A stretch of DNA of 64,000 bases, from assembly GCA_965228735.1 (NCBI GenBank), contig OZ245838.1, positions 2,976,001-3,040,000 on the forward strand, read 5' to 3'. A model generated the notes under the pieces. The model was not told the DNA's origin. It saw only the letters and a program-made list of their open reading frames with translations, and ran no database searches. The position numbers were made by a program, and so were the translations under genes. How positions within the stretch are numbered: the first letter of the stretch is position 1; every line of letters starts with the position of its first letter. The stretch is from Planctomycetota bacterium. Lineage in GTDB: Bacteria > Planctomycetota > UBA1135 > UBA2386. Positions 1 through 9,843 of the stretch are shown in pieces.

Positions 1-2
1 CC

Positions 3-1232
3 AACGCGACGGCAAACGCGGTGACGTTCCTGAGCACGCCATTCAGCACGAGCGCGCCGGTGCTGCACGAGAACGATCCGACCGGGGGCGCATCGGCGCT
101 CGAGAATCGCACGATCGAGTGGCTGCCGAACGGTGCGGGCGGCTACGACGTCGCGGACCTCACGGGCTGCGCGGCGTTCACCGAGTTCGGCTCGGGCTGT
201 GTCGCGGCCTACACGTCGTTCTACGAGTTCTTCCCGACGACGGCGGCGATCGACCTCGCCAACACGGCGTTCGAGCTCACGCTCAACGCCGGCGCCTACG
301 ACGTGAGTTCGAGCTCGGTCGCGTTCGTGCCACCGAGCGCCACGGCCTTCAACCTCAACCTCGCGGACGACGCGGAAACGACCGTGCTGCTCGCGACCCC
401 GCTGCCGTATCCGGGTGGATCGGCCGCGATGCTGACGGTCGGTTCGAACGGCCACGTCGCCACAGCACCCAACGGCGCCGCGTTCGACTTCTCGCCGTCG
501 CCCGCCGAATTGCTCAGCTGGCCGAACGCGGCGTGGGCCGCGTGGCGCGACCTGATCCCCGACGATCCGGCGAGCGGCGGCGTGTTCTTCGAGGAGATCG
601 GCAACGTCTCGATCATCACGTGGGACGCGGTGGTCGGCTACGACGGCCAGGTGCCTGGCGTGACCCCGAGCACGTTCCAGTTCCAGTTCGACCGCAGCAC
701 GGGGAACGTCGCGATCGTGTTCGGCGCGCTCGACACGACGAGCGCGAGCACGTGGCCCGGCGGGGATGGCTGGCTCATCGGCTACAGCCCCGGCGGTCCG
801 GCGCTCGACCCGGGCAACTTCGATCTGTCGACGCTGGCCGCCGCCGGCCCGCTCGGCACCGCGGCGACCGACATCGCGCCGCTGACGATCACCGCCGATG
901 CGCCGCCGGCGATGATGACGCAGATCGGGCTCGTGGTCGACAACGTGTCACCGACCGCGGCGTTCGTCGGGGTCGTCTTCGGTTTCCAGAAGTTCGATCC
1001 CGGGATGTCGCTCGCCGGGATCGGCATGCCGGACTGTTTTCAGTACGGCAACCAGCTGTCCGTGCAGCTCGTCCTGCCTGGCGGCGCGACGCAGGTGACC
1101 GTGCCGTTCGTCATCCCGCGCTTCGCGGGCGTCCGCATGATCGTGCAGGCCGCTGGCTTCGATCCCGCGTCCAACCCGAACCCGCTCGGCGTCGTCGCGA
1201 GCAACGGACTCGAGTTGATGCTCGGCAACTAG
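3..1232 (+). CDS. Secreted/surface protein with nidogen(NIDO)-like beta domain and shared C-terminal domain; probably 5'-truncated by window edge
   Basis: Frame open from position 3; LADD..L..P.PYPGG, SNG, W.DL.P, ITW, TFQFQF pattern; ends NPLGVVASNGLELMLGN like 61875..63599. Confidence 0.7.
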   Translation, partial: NATANAVTFLSTPFSTSAPVLHENDPTGGASALENRTIEWLPNGAGGYDVADLTGCAAFTEFGSGCVAAYTSFYEFFPTTAAIDLANTAFELTLNAGAYDVSSSSVAFVPPSATAFNLNLADDAETTVLLATPLPYPGGSAAMLTVGSNGHVATAPNGAAFDFSPSPAELLSWPNAAWAAWRDLIPDDPASGGVFFEEIGNVSIITWDAVVGYDGQVPGVTPSTFQFQFDRSTGNVAIVFGALDTTSASTWPGGDGWLIGYSPGGPALDPGNFDLSTLAAAGPLGTAATDIAPLTITADAPPAMMTQIGLVVDNVSPTAAFVGVVFGFQKFDPGMSLAGIGMPDCFQYGNQLSVQLVLPGGATQVTVPFVIPRFAGVRMIVQAAGFDPASNPNPLGVVASNGLELMLGN

Positions 1233-1261
1233 TACGCGGCGGCGGGCGGCGCCGCGACCGC

Positions 1262-2875
1262 TCAGAAGAGCGTGACCGTTGCCGCCGCCGTGGCCGCGAG
1301 ACCGCCGAACGAACCCGAATCGAACACGACCCACTGCGTGTGGGCGACGAGACTCGCGAGCGCCGGGTCGGAGGGCAGCGGGAAGTGCGCGGTGCCGCAG
1401 CCCGCGCCGGCTGCGCCTGGCGCGCCTGCGAGCAGCTGGAAGCTCACGGCCGACGAGCCCGGATCGACGAACAACGTCGCGCCGCTCGCGAAACTCAGGC
1501 CCTGGAGCGGCGAGATCAGGAGCGCCGCAATGGCCGCGCCCTGCGCATCACCGATGCCGACCTTGAAGTCCGCGTGACCGAGGTTGGCCGGCACACCCGC
1601 GAGTATCGTCGGGCTGATGCCGCCCGTGCCCGCAGTCCCGGCCCCGTAGAGCACGCCGTTCGGCGGCAGGACGTCGCTGCGCAGCGTCGGGCGATCGAAC
1701 GGCGAGACACCGGCTGCGACGCGCGGATCAGTGAGGCCGTTCTCGACGAACTCGATCAGGTCCGCGCGAGCCGACGGCGGCAGGTTGAGCGGCTGCAGCT
1801 GCGGGTCCTTGTTCGGGGTGAAGGCCCCGCCACCGAGTCGGTAGAAGTCCACGACGTCCGCGACCGACGTGAACTGGCCGTTGTGCATGAAGCTGCGCCG
1901 CAAGCCGACGTTGCGCAGACTCGGCACCTTGAACCTGCCGCGATCCTGGAAGTTGTTGGTGACCTCCTGGCGACCGCGGTCCTCGTTGATCGGCCGGAGA
2001 CCGAGATTGCGGAACGTCCGGTCGCTGAACAACCCGTTCTGGTCCGTGTGACAGATCACGCAACGACCCGGGCCGCGGAACACCTGCAACCCACGCGCCT
2101 GCGCGGCGGTCAGCGTGCCGAGATCGAACGGCGTCTGGTTCGGCACGAGCGTCCGCTGGTAGGTCGCGAGCGCGAACGCGATGCGCTCCGCGGTGATCGC
2201 CGGCGTGCCGAACGCGTTCTGGAACAGGTCCGGATACGTGGCGCCACCCTGCACCGCGGCCGCCATGTCGGGCGGCAGATTGGTCGCCAGCGCCATCGGC
2301 ACCGCTGTCGCGAGCTTGCTCACGGCCTGCGACCACGTGCGACCGTCGTGCGCCATCTCGGTGCCATCGAGGATCGGTCCGATCGCCTGACTCTCGAGCG
2401 CGCCACCGGCGGGAACCGAGGTCTGGCCCGTCTGCGGGTCGACGAACGTGGTGCGCGCCCGGCCGTCCCAGAACAACTCGGGGAACCATGCAGCGGTCAG
2501 CATGCTCGGCGACGCGCGCCGGGTGACCTGCTCGGCGTGCCCGAACGCAGCGTCGTCGAGGTAGCTGTTCTGCGTGTCGGCGCGATGCACCCCCGGTGAA
2601 CCGAAGACGTCATCGGCCGTCTGGAACACGCCGTCCAGCCCCGGGTGCCGCGCCCGTCGCAGGTCGCCGCCGCCCGCGCCGAAGGTGTGGCACGTGCCGC
2701 ACGCCACGCGGTTGTTGCTCGACATCTGCTCTTCCCAGAAGAGCAGTTTGCCGAGGATCGTCTTGGCCGGCGTGATGGGGTTCTGCGGCGGCACGGGCAC
2801 GGGCGGCAGGTTGTTCTGCGCCTGCAGCACCGCGCCGGTCGCGAGCGCGGCGAGAGTGAGTCGGATCATCGTCAT
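1262..2875 (-). CDS. Di-haem cytochrome c peroxidase (CCP/MauG family) with signal peptide and C-terminal extension
   Basis: Two CxxCH motifs (CGTCH, CVICH), LGKLLFW, LFWDGRA, GRFKVPSLRNV, FMHNG; start moved to ATG 2875 (MTMIRLTLAALA signal peptide). Confidence 0.9.
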   Translation of the reverse strand: MTMIRLTLAALATGAVLQAQNNLPPVPVPPQNPITPAKTILGKLLFWEEQMSSNNRVACGTCHTFGAGGGDLRRARHPGLDGVFQTADDVFGSPGVHRADTQNSYLDDAAFGHAEQVTRRASPSMLTAAWFPELFWDGRARTTFVDPQTGQTSVPAGGALESQAIGPILDGTEMAHDGRTWSQAVSKLATAVPMALATNLPPDMAAAVQGGATYPDLFQNAFGTPAITAERIAFALATYQRTLVPNQTPFDLGTLTAAQARGLQVFRGPGRCVICHTDQNGLFSDRTFRNLGLRPINEDRGRQEVTNNFQDRGRFKVPSLRNVGLRRSFMHNGQFTSVADVVDFYRLGGGAFTPNKDPQLQPLNLPPSARADLIEFVENGLTDPRVAAGVSPFDRPTLRSDVLPPNGVLYGAGTAGTGGISPTILAGVPANLGHADFKVGIGDAQGAAIAALLISPLQGLSFASGATLFVDPGSSAVSFQLLAGAPGAAGAGCGTAHFPLPSDPALASLVAHTQWVVFDSGSFGGLAATAAATVTLF

Positions 2876-2959
2876 GGGGAAGTTCCTTGCACGGGGCTGT
2901 CCCAACAACGTCACACGGATGTCGTCCCCCACTCCCGGGTCGAGAAAACGCGCGGATGG

Positions 2960-3826
2960 TCAGGCCGACTGTGACTTGCCGTCCGAACTCGGGCGCGCTG
3001 CCTTGCCCGCGCGACGTTTCCGATCCTTGGCGACCGACCGCTTCGCGCTTGCCTTCGTCGCGGCAGGCGGCACTCCGGCCCGCTTCTTCGCCGCCGGCTT
3101 CTCGGGTGCTGGCTGCTCGGGCACGGGCTTCTGCAACGCGGACTTCGGCTCGGTTGGGCTCGCTGGCGCAGGCCTGGTCTGGGCCGGTTTCACGTGGGCC
3201 GGCTTCACTTGAGCCGGCTTCGCTGGCGCTGCTTTCGTTGGCGCCGACGTCGTCGGGGCGGGCTTCGGCTCGGCCTTCGCGCTCGATTGCGCGGGTCGGG
3301 CCGGCGCCGCACGATCCGCGAGCTGACCGACGAGTTCGGTGTACTCCCCACGCTTGTCCACGCGCTGACCGCGGCGATAGCAGCGGCGCGCCGCGCCGAC
3401 GTCGCCCGATCGCCGATACGCGTTGCCGAGCGCGAGCCACGCCGCCGCGTCCCATGGATCGGTCGCGACGAGGCGGCGGAACGCGGCTCGGGCCGCATCG
3501 TGGTCGTGCCGCAGATAGGCCGCCATGCCCGCCGCGAAGCGCTCGTGACGTTGGCGACTCGCCGGTGACCAGCGCCGCCGCCACTGCTGATACGCGAGCA
3601 GCAGGGTGATCCCGAAGGCCGTGCCCTGCATCGTGAACAGCGCCGCGTGGTAGTGCGTGTCGTTCTCGAACGCGAACCGCGCCACCGCGGCCCAGTCCGC
3701 CGCGATCCACAACGCCGCGGTCGCGACGGCGCCGATCAGGAACCGGCCGGTGCGCAGGTAGAACCACGCCGCCGCCTGGCCGAGCACGAAGAGTGCGAGG
3801 TTGGGCAGGAACGAGTCGGCGAACAC
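2960..3826 (-). CDS. Membrane protein with TPR-like repeats and Lys/Pro/Ala-rich basic tail
   Basis: Three N-terminal hydrophobic segments; DPWDAAAWLALGNAYRRSGDVGAARRCY TPR pattern; KPA-repeat tail. Confidence 0.7.
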   Translation of the reverse strand: MFADSFLPNLALFVLGQAAAWFYLRTGRFLIGAVATAALWIAADWAAVARFAFENDTHYHAALFTMQGTAFGITLLLAYQQWRRRWSPASRQRHERFAAGMAAYLRHDHDAARAAFRRLVATDPWDAAAWLALGNAYRRSGDVGAARRCYRRGQRVDKRGEYTELVGQLADRAAPARPAQSSAKAEPKPAPTTSAPTKAAPAKPAQVKPAHVKPAQTRPAPASPTEPKSALQKPVPEQPAPEKPAAKKRAGVPPAATKASAKRSVAKDRKRRAGKAARPSSDGKSQSA

Positions 3827-3878
3827 GGCGCCAAGGCTACGCTCTCGTTCCTCCGGATGCTCCGACTTGTGGCGCGAT

Positions 3879-4481
3879 ATGCCCCTCGACGACCGCCGTC
3901 TCTATCTGCTGTTCACGCCGAGCCTGTGCCGCGCCGACCCGACCCGCACCCTCGCAGCGGCACTGCGCGGCGGCGTCGATCTCGTGCAGTGGCGCACCAA
4001 GACACCCGACGCCGACGGGCTGGGGACGTGCCGCACACTCTGCGATGCGGCCGGCGTGCCGCTGATCATCAACGACGACGTCGACCTCGCCATCGCGACC
4101 GACGCCGCGGGCGCGCACGTCGGCCAGGACGACCTGCCGGCCGCAGCGGCGCGCCGGCTCCTCGGCAGCCGCCTGCTCGGGGTGAGCACGCATGACGACG
4201 ACCAGATCCGCGCCGCGATCACAGCCGGCGCCGACCACCTCGGCTTCGGCCCGTGCTTCCCGACCGAGACCAAGGGCTACCTCAGTGGCCAACCCGACGA
4301 TGCGATCCGCAGGGCGCGCCAGACCGCCGGCCCCGTGCCGCTCTACGCGATCGGCGGCATCACCACCGAGAACCTCCCCCACCTCATGACGCTCGGCATC
4401 GACCGCATCGCCGTGAGCAGCGCGATCCTCCACAGCGCGGATCCCGAGAACGCAGCAGCCGAACTCCGCCAGCAGCTGTGA
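3879..4481 (+). CDS. thiE: Thiamine-phosphate synthase
   Basis: LVQWRTK, LIINDDVDLA, GAHVGQDD, GVSTH, FPTETK, AIGGIT motifs; ATG at 3879. Confidence 0.93.
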   Translation: MPLDDRRLYLLFTPSLCRADPTRTLAAALRGGVDLVQWRTKTPDADGLGTCRTLCDAAGVPLIINDDVDLAIATDAAGAHVGQDDLPAAAARRLLGSRLLGVSTHDDDQIRAAITAGADHLGFGPCFPTETKGYLSGQPDDAIRRARQTAGPVPLYAIGGITTENLPHLMTLGIDRIAVSSAILHSADPENAAAELRQQL

Positions 4482-4484
4482 AAG

Positions 4485-4603
4485 GGTGGCGGTACCGAAC
4501 CCGCTTCAAATCCGCCACCCTGCCGCCAACGCAACCCCCGCTGCGATCGGCCTCGCCGCTGCGTCGGCGATGGCGGATTTGAAGCGGGTTCGGTACCGCC
4601 ACC
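4485..4603. repeat. REP/REPIN-like 119-bp element, copy 1 (perfect 33-bp inverted arms, 53-bp spacer)
   Basis: GGTGGCGGTACCGAACCCGCTTCAAATCCGCCA (4485-4517) and its exact reverse complement (4571-4603), between convergent thiE and queA. Confidence 0.9.
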
Positions 4604-4611
4604 TTGGTTTG

Positions 4612-5676
4612 CTACGTGAGCAGCATCGCGTCGCCGAAGGAGTAGAAGCGGTAGCCGCGTTCGATCGCGTCGCGGTAGAGCGCCAGCGTTTCCTCGTGGC
4701 CCGCGAACGCGGCGACGAGCATGATCAGGGTCGACTGCGGCAGGTGGAAGTTGGTCACGAGGGCGTCGACGACGCGGAACTCGCTGCCCGGGTAGAGGAA
4801 GAGCTCGGACGTGCCCGCGCCCGGATCGACCGTGCGGTCTGCGCGCGCGCAGGTCTCGAGCGTGCGGCAGCTCGTCGTGCCGACGGCGACGACGCGGCCA
4901 CCGCGCGCGCGCGTGCGGGTGATCGCGGCCGCCGTCGCAGCCGGCAGGTCGTAGACCTCGCCGTGCATGCGATGCTCCTCGACGACCTCGGTGCGCATCG
5001 GCGCGAACGTGCCCTCCCCGACGTGCAACGTCACGGTCGCGCGCTCGACGCCCTGATCCTCGAGCTGCGCGAGCAGCTCGGGGGTGAAGTGCAGCCCCGC
5101 GGTCGGCGCCGCGACGGCCCCGGGACTGCTCGCGAAGACGGTCTGGTAGCGTTCGCGATCCGCGGCCACGACCGCGGCGTCCTCGATCCCGGGCCGGCGG
5201 ATGTAGGGCGGCAACGGCGCGCGGCCGCCGGCGTCGAGCGCCGCATCCAGGTCGTCGAACGGCGCCCCCGGCGCGAGGTCGAAGCGCCAGCGTCCCGCGC
5301 CGAGATCGGCGGTGAGCGTGAGTCGCACGACGCCGCCCTCCATCGCGAGCACGTCGCCGACGTGCAGCTTCTTGCTCGGCTTGACGAAACCCTCGCCGAC
5401 CGCGCCGTCGCGCCGCAGGATCAGGCACTCGCAGCCGCCGCCCGTCGCGCGCGAGCCGCGCAGGCGCCACGGCAGCACGCGCGTGTCATTGACGACGAGG
5501 AGATCGCCGGGCCGCAGGTAGTCGCCGAGATCGCGGAAGTGCCGATGCGCGGTGTCACGGGTCTGGCGGTCGTGCACGAGCAGGCGCGCGCTGTCCCGCG
5601 GTTCGGCCGCGGTCGCGGCGATCTGTTCGGGCGGCAGCTCGAAGTCGAAGTCGGAGACGTGCACGCGTCTCGTCAT
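4612..5676 (-). CDS. queA: S-adenosylmethionine:tRNA ribosyltransferase-isomerase
   Basis: SDFDFELPPEQIA, VVNDTRV, PLPPYI, RYQTVFA, AAPTAGLHFT, TNFHLPQSTL, YRFYSFGDAML; start ATG 5676 or GTG 5664. Confidence 0.96.
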   Translation of the reverse strand: MTRRVHVSDFDFELPPEQIAATAAEPRDSARLLVHDRQTRDTAHRHFRDLGDYLRPGDLLVVNDTRVLPWRLRGSRATGGGCECLILRRDGAVGEGFVKPSKKLHVGDVLAMEGGVVRLTLTADLGAGRWRFDLAPGAPFDDLDAALDAGGRAPLPPYIRRPGIEDAAVVAADRERYQTVFASSPGAVAAPTAGLHFTPELLAQLEDQGVERATVTLHVGEGTFAPMRTEVVEEHRMHGEVYDLPAATAAAITRTRARGGRVVAVGTTSCRTLETCARADRTVDPGAGTSELFLYPGSEFRVVDALVTNFHLPQSTLIMLVAAFAGHEETLALYRDAIERGYRFYSFGDAMLLT

Positions 5677-5795
5677 ACCGTGGGACCCAGCTCGAAGTCG
5701 AAGCCGGAAACTCGCACGCGCGATCGTCATACCGTGGGACCCAACTCGAAGTCGAAGCCGGAAACTCGCACGCGCGATCGTCATACCGCGGGACC
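5635..5795. repeat. Tandem repeat of three 53-54 bp units derived from the queA 5' end
   Basis: Units 5635-5687, 5688-5741, 5742-5795 share CA(G/A)CTCGAAGTCGAAG..GCACGCG..TCGTCATACCG(T/C)GGGACC. Confidence 0.88.
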
Positions 5796-5834
5796 CGGTT
5801 GCCCGCGACGCCGACACCGGCCACCATCTCCGGC

Positions 5835-7322
5835 GTGATCCGGTCACCCGCTCTCCCCGCCACCGCCCTCGGCCTCGCCCTCGCCCTGCTCGGCGCTTGC
5901 AGCGGCGGCGCCGGTCCCGGCACCCCGATCGGCGGGAACGACGTCGTGCCCGAGCTGCTGGTCTGCCGCTCTCGCGTCCAGCAGCCGCTCGCGTTCACCG
6001 AGATGGCGCTGCGCACGGTGCAGAACCTCGGCACCGACCGCGTCTCCGAGCGGAACGGCATCGAGCGTCGCGCGCGCCTGCATCCCGACGGCGTCCGCGT
6101 CGTGTTCGCGCGCGAACGCCAGGGTGACGATCCCGCGAGCCGCGAGCTGTTCGTCGCGACGGTCGACGGCTCCGCGGCCGAACTGCGCCTCACGGTCAAC
6201 GCCGCGCTCGACGACGAGCCGTGCTGGTCGCCCGACGGCGAGTCGATCCTGTTCACGAGCGATCGCGACGGCAGGAACGGGCTGTGGCTCATGGACGCGC
6301 GCGGCCAGAACCAGCGCGAGTTCTTCACGCCACCCGTCGGCGAAACGTTTTCGCAGGCCGACTGGTCGCCCGCGACCGATCGCGTCGTCTACGTGCGCGA
6401 GCGCGTCGACGGCGTGCACGAGCTGCGCCTCGTGAACGGCGACGGCACGGGCGACACCGCGCTGTCGACGGCGGCCGGCGCGATCCTGCCCGGCGACGGC
6501 GACTTCGAGCCGGCGTTCGCACCCGACGGCCAACAGGTCGTGTTCGCGCGGCGCACGGGCGGCACGGCCCGCCTCATGCTGATCGACATCGGCACCGGCG
6601 TCGAGGTCGAACGGCTGCAGGTCGGCGGCGGCGGCGACATCGGCCTGCCGCGCTTCTCGCCGACCGCCGATCGGCTGTTCTTCGGACTCGACGAACCGCT
6701 GCCCGGCCGCGACGCGCTGCGCCTCGCGTTCGTGCCGCTGCTGACCGGCGACCCCGTGCTCGTCTGGCCGGACGAACGCTACGCGCTCGAAGGCCTCGAC
6801 TTCCTCGCGAACGTGCCCGAGCTGCCGCTCACCGAGCCGGCCGTCGAGCTGCCGGTCGAGGAGGCCGAGTTCGAGATCGCGTGGGGCTCGATCGGGTTCG
6901 GCAACGAGACGCAGCTCGTCGCCGAGGACGGCAACGCCTACGCGCTGCGCACGCGCTCGACCAACAACCACGAGACGGCCGGCATGGAGTGCCGGTTCAC
7001 GCTGCCGGTCGACGACGCGCTCGATGTTGCACAACTGCAGATCCGCGCCGCGCTGCGGACGACGCGGATCGGCGGCGACACCGAACTGCGCATCTCGCTC
7101 TACAACCCGGTCGAGAGTCGGTTCGACACCGCGGTCGAACTCGCGCCCACGTCGACGACGCAGAACACGATCCTCGAGTTCTCGACGTCGAGCCTGCGAC
7201 ACGTCGCGCGGGAAGGCGTTATTCGCTTCAACGTAATCGCAGAGATCGAGCGCGGCGACCCCGCCGAGATGCTCCTCGATGCCGTGAGGGTCGTGCTGAC
7301 GACCCGCCAACCGCCCCCCTGA
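5835..7322 (+). CDS. TolB-like/PD40 beta-propeller lipoprotein
   Basis: Lipobox LALLGAC; repeated PCWSPDG, DWSP, PAFAPDG, PRFSP motifs; GTG start at 5835 assumed. Confidence 0.8.
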   Translation: MIRSPALPATALGLALALLGACSGGAGPGTPIGGNDVVPELLVCRSRVQQPLAFTEMALRTVQNLGTDRVSERNGIERRARLHPDGVRVVFARERQGDDPASRELFVATVDGSAAELRLTVNAALDDEPCWSPDGESILFTSDRDGRNGLWLMDARGQNQREFFTPPVGETFSQADWSPATDRVVYVRERVDGVHELRLVNGDGTGDTALSTAAGAILPGDGDFEPAFAPDGQQVVFARRTGGTARLMLIDIGTGVEVERLQVGGGGDIGLPRFSPTADRLFFGLDEPLPGRDALRLAFVPLLTGDPVLVWPDERYALEGLDFLANVPELPLTEPAVELPVEEAEFEIAWGSIGFGNETQLVAEDGNAYALRTRSTNNHETAGMECRFTLPVDDALDVAQLQIRAALRTTRIGGDTELRISLYNPVESRFDTAVELAPTSTTQNTILEFSTSSLRHVAREGVIRFNVIAEIERGDPAEMLLDAVRVVLTTRQPPP

Positions 7323-7562
7323 GCCCCCCGCGCGGGGCAACCGAAATCACTCTGGAACAGCGGCTTGGGGCATCCTAAAGCCGCGCTGCGGAGGCTGGTT
7401 GGTGGCGCGACGGGCCGAACGCCGATAGAATGGTCGCCCCGCAAATCCGGGTGGATACCGGGCTTGGCTGGCCGACCTGCCCGCCCCCGACCCTCGGCCA
7501 GTTCCTTGGCCGTCCCCGAACGGCGAATGCGGGCGCCGCGTGCTAGCACTACAGGAGAAGCA

Positions 7563-8966
7563 ATGGCAACGACGACCTCGATCCCCCCTCGAAAGTTCAA
7601 AGTCTTCACCAAGCGTGACATCGACAAGATCCCGCAGCTCGACCGCTTCAGCGCGGACGAGCGCCTCGCGATGACGGCGGTCGCCAACGTGCTGCCGTTC
7701 CGCGTGAACGACTACGTCGTCGAAGAACTGATCGACTGGGACAAGGCGCCGAACGACCCGATCTTCCAGCTCACGTTCCCGCAGCCCAACATGCTCGCGC
7801 AGGACGACCTGGACAAGATGATGGGCCTGATCAAGGCCGAGGCCGGCAAGGACGAGATCGATCGAGAAGCCCGTCGCATCCAGATGTCACTCAACCCGCA
7901 CCCCGCGGGCCAGCTCGAGCTCAACGTGCCCAAGGTCGACGGCATCCCGATGCCCGGCCTGCAGCACAAGTATCGCGAGACGACGCTGTTCTTCCCGAGC
8001 AGCGGTCAGACCTGCCACAGCTACTGCACCTACTGCTTCCGCTGGCCGCAGTTCGTCGGCCTCGACGAGCTGAAGTTCGCCGCCAAGGAAGCCGAGGGAC
8101 TCGTCGCCTACCTCAAGAAGCACAAGGAGGTGAACAGCATCCTGTTCACCGGCGGCGACCCGATGGTCATGAAGACCAAGGTGCTGCGGCGCTACATCGA
8201 ACCGCTGCTTAGCGCGGAGCTCGACCACATCGTCAGCATCCGCATCGGCACCAAGGCGCCGGCCTACTGGCCGCAGCGCTTCACGTCGGACGACGACGCC
8301 GCGGACCTGATGCGGCTCTACGAGGAAGTGCAGAACGCCGGTCGCCACCTCGCGATCATGGCGCACTACAGCCACCCGCGGGAGCTCGACACGCCAGCGG
8401 CGCAGGCCGCGGTCAAGGCGATCCGCAGCACGGGCGCGGTGATCCGCTGCCAGGCGCCGCTGATCAAGCACGTCAACGACGACGCCAAGGTCTGGGCCGA
8501 CATGTGGAAGCGGCAGGTCTACCTCGGCGCCATCCCGTACTACATGTTCGTCGAGCGCGACACCGGTCCGAAGCAGTACTTCGAGGTGCCGCTCGCACGC
8601 GCGATCGACATCTTCAGCAAGGCCTACAACCGCGTCTCGGGTCTCGCGCGCACGGTCCGCGGTCCGTCGATGTCGGCGACCCCGGGCAAGGTGCTCGTCG
8701 ACGGCATCGCCGACATCCACGGCGAGAAGGTCTTCGTGCTGAAGTTCCTGCAGGGGCGCGATCCCCAGTGGGTCAACCGCATCTTCTTCGCGAAGTACGA
8801 CGAGCAGGCCTCGTGGCTCGACGACCTGCAGCCGGCGCTCGGCGAGAAGGAGTTCTGGTTCGAGTCGACGCTCAAGGGCCTCAAGGCGGGCCAGAAGCTC
8901 GACTGGGGCACCGACTCGGTCGTCCACAAGACCGTCGACGACGCGGGCGTCGTCCGCTTCTCGTAG
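7563..8966 (+). CDS. KamA-family radical SAM aminomutase (lysine 2,3-aminomutase-like)
   Basis: HKYRET, CHSYCTYCFR (CxxxCxxC), LFTGGDP, IRIGTK, HPREL, HVNDD, PYY; SD AGGAG before ATG 7563. Confidence 0.9.
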   Translation: MATTTSIPPRKFKVFTKRDIDKIPQLDRFSADERLAMTAVANVLPFRVNDYVVEELIDWDKAPNDPIFQLTFPQPNMLAQDDLDKMMGLIKAEAGKDEIDREARRIQMSLNPHPAGQLELNVPKVDGIPMPGLQHKYRETTLFFPSSGQTCHSYCTYCFRWPQFVGLDELKFAAKEAEGLVAYLKKHKEVNSILFTGGDPMVMKTKVLRRYIEPLLSAELDHIVSIRIGTKAPAYWPQRFTSDDDAADLMRLYEEVQNAGRHLAIMAHYSHPRELDTPAAQAAVKAIRSTGAVIRCQAPLIKHVNDDAKVWADMWKRQVYLGAIPYYMFVERDTGPKQYFEVPLARAIDIFSKAYNRVSGLARTVRGPSMSATPGKVLVDGIADIHGEKVFVLKFLQGRDPQWVNRIFFAKYDEQASWLDDLQPALGEKEFWFESTLKGLKAGQKLDWGTDSVVHKTVDDAGVVRFS

Positions 8967-9105
8967 CTCGCCGCCGCCCCCCGCGGTCACGCCGGATCGC
9001 GCCCAGTCCGCGAATCTGGCCAGAACGGGCCAGAACGGCGTTGGCAGCGATTCGACGGGACCATACGCTGCGCGCGGGTCGGTGGGATGCCGGCCCCCGC
9101 CGCTC

Positions 9106-9843
9106 GTGCAATCCCACACGGTTCTACTGATACCCGCGTTCCGCGAAGCCGGTCGGGTCGGGGACGTCGTTCGTGACGTTCTGCGACTCGACCGCGGCAT
9201 CGACGTCGTCGTGATCGACGACGGCAGCGGCGACGACACCGCGACCGAGGCGCGCCGCGCCGGCGCGACCGTGCTCGAGCACCCGTTCAACCTCGGGTAC
9301 GGCAACGCGCTGCACACCGGCTACTGCTATGCCCGCCGCCGCGGCTACGCCCGCGTGCTGCAGATGGACGCGGACGGCCAGCACGAGGCGGAAATGCTCG
9401 AACGGCTCCTGGCCGGGCTCGACGGCGGCGCCGACGTCGTAATCGGCTCGCGCTACCTCGATGGCGTGCCGCCGCGCTCGAGCCTGCTGCGCAAGATCGG
9501 CACGCGCCTGTTCTCATGGCTCGCATCGCGCTGGACCGGCACGAAGATCACCGACCCGACGAGCGGCTTCCAGGGCCTGTCGCAACGCGCGCTCGTCACC
9601 GTCGTCAACGACGGTTTCCCCGAGGACTACCCGGACTGCGACGTGCTCGTGCAGCACGCGCGCGCCGGCATGCGGATCGTAGAGGTTCCCGTGACGATGC
9701 GCGAACGCAAGGGCGGCGTGTCGATGCACCGCGGCGCGCGCGTCGCCTACTACGGCTACAAGATGTTCGTCACCCTCGCTCTCCTGCCGATCCGCCGCCC
9801 GACGCCACTGCGGTCACGGGACACCGTCGCGAGGATGCCGTGA
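9106..9843 (+). CDS. Glycosyltransferase family 2 (DPM1-like)
   Basis: LIPAFRE, VIDDGSGDDT, NLGYGNA, MDADGQH, DPTSGF, YPD motifs. Confidence 0.92.
   Translation: MQSHTVLLIPAFREAGRVGDVVRDVLRLDRGIDVVVIDDGSGDDTATEARRAGATVLEHPFNLGYGNALHTGYCYARRRGYARVLQMDADGQHEAEMLERLLAGLDGGADVVIGSRYLDGVPPRSSLLRKIGTRLFSWLASRWTGTKITDPTSGFQGLSQRALVTVVNDGFPEDYPDCDVLVQHARAGMRIVEVPVTMRERKGGVSMHRGARVAYYGYKMFVTLALLPIRRPTPLRSRDTVARMP

Noticed and set aside
119..2599. 826-aa Arg-rich ORF and many similar long ORFs (e.g. 20116..22614, 35061..37640, 46090..48966, 55871..58495)
   Set aside because: Off-frame or antisense shadows of well-supported genes; stop codons are rare at this GC content and the translations lack family motifs
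5635..5795. Possible CRISPR array
   Set aside because: Units are contiguous near-identical tandem copies without unique spacers; no cas genes in the window
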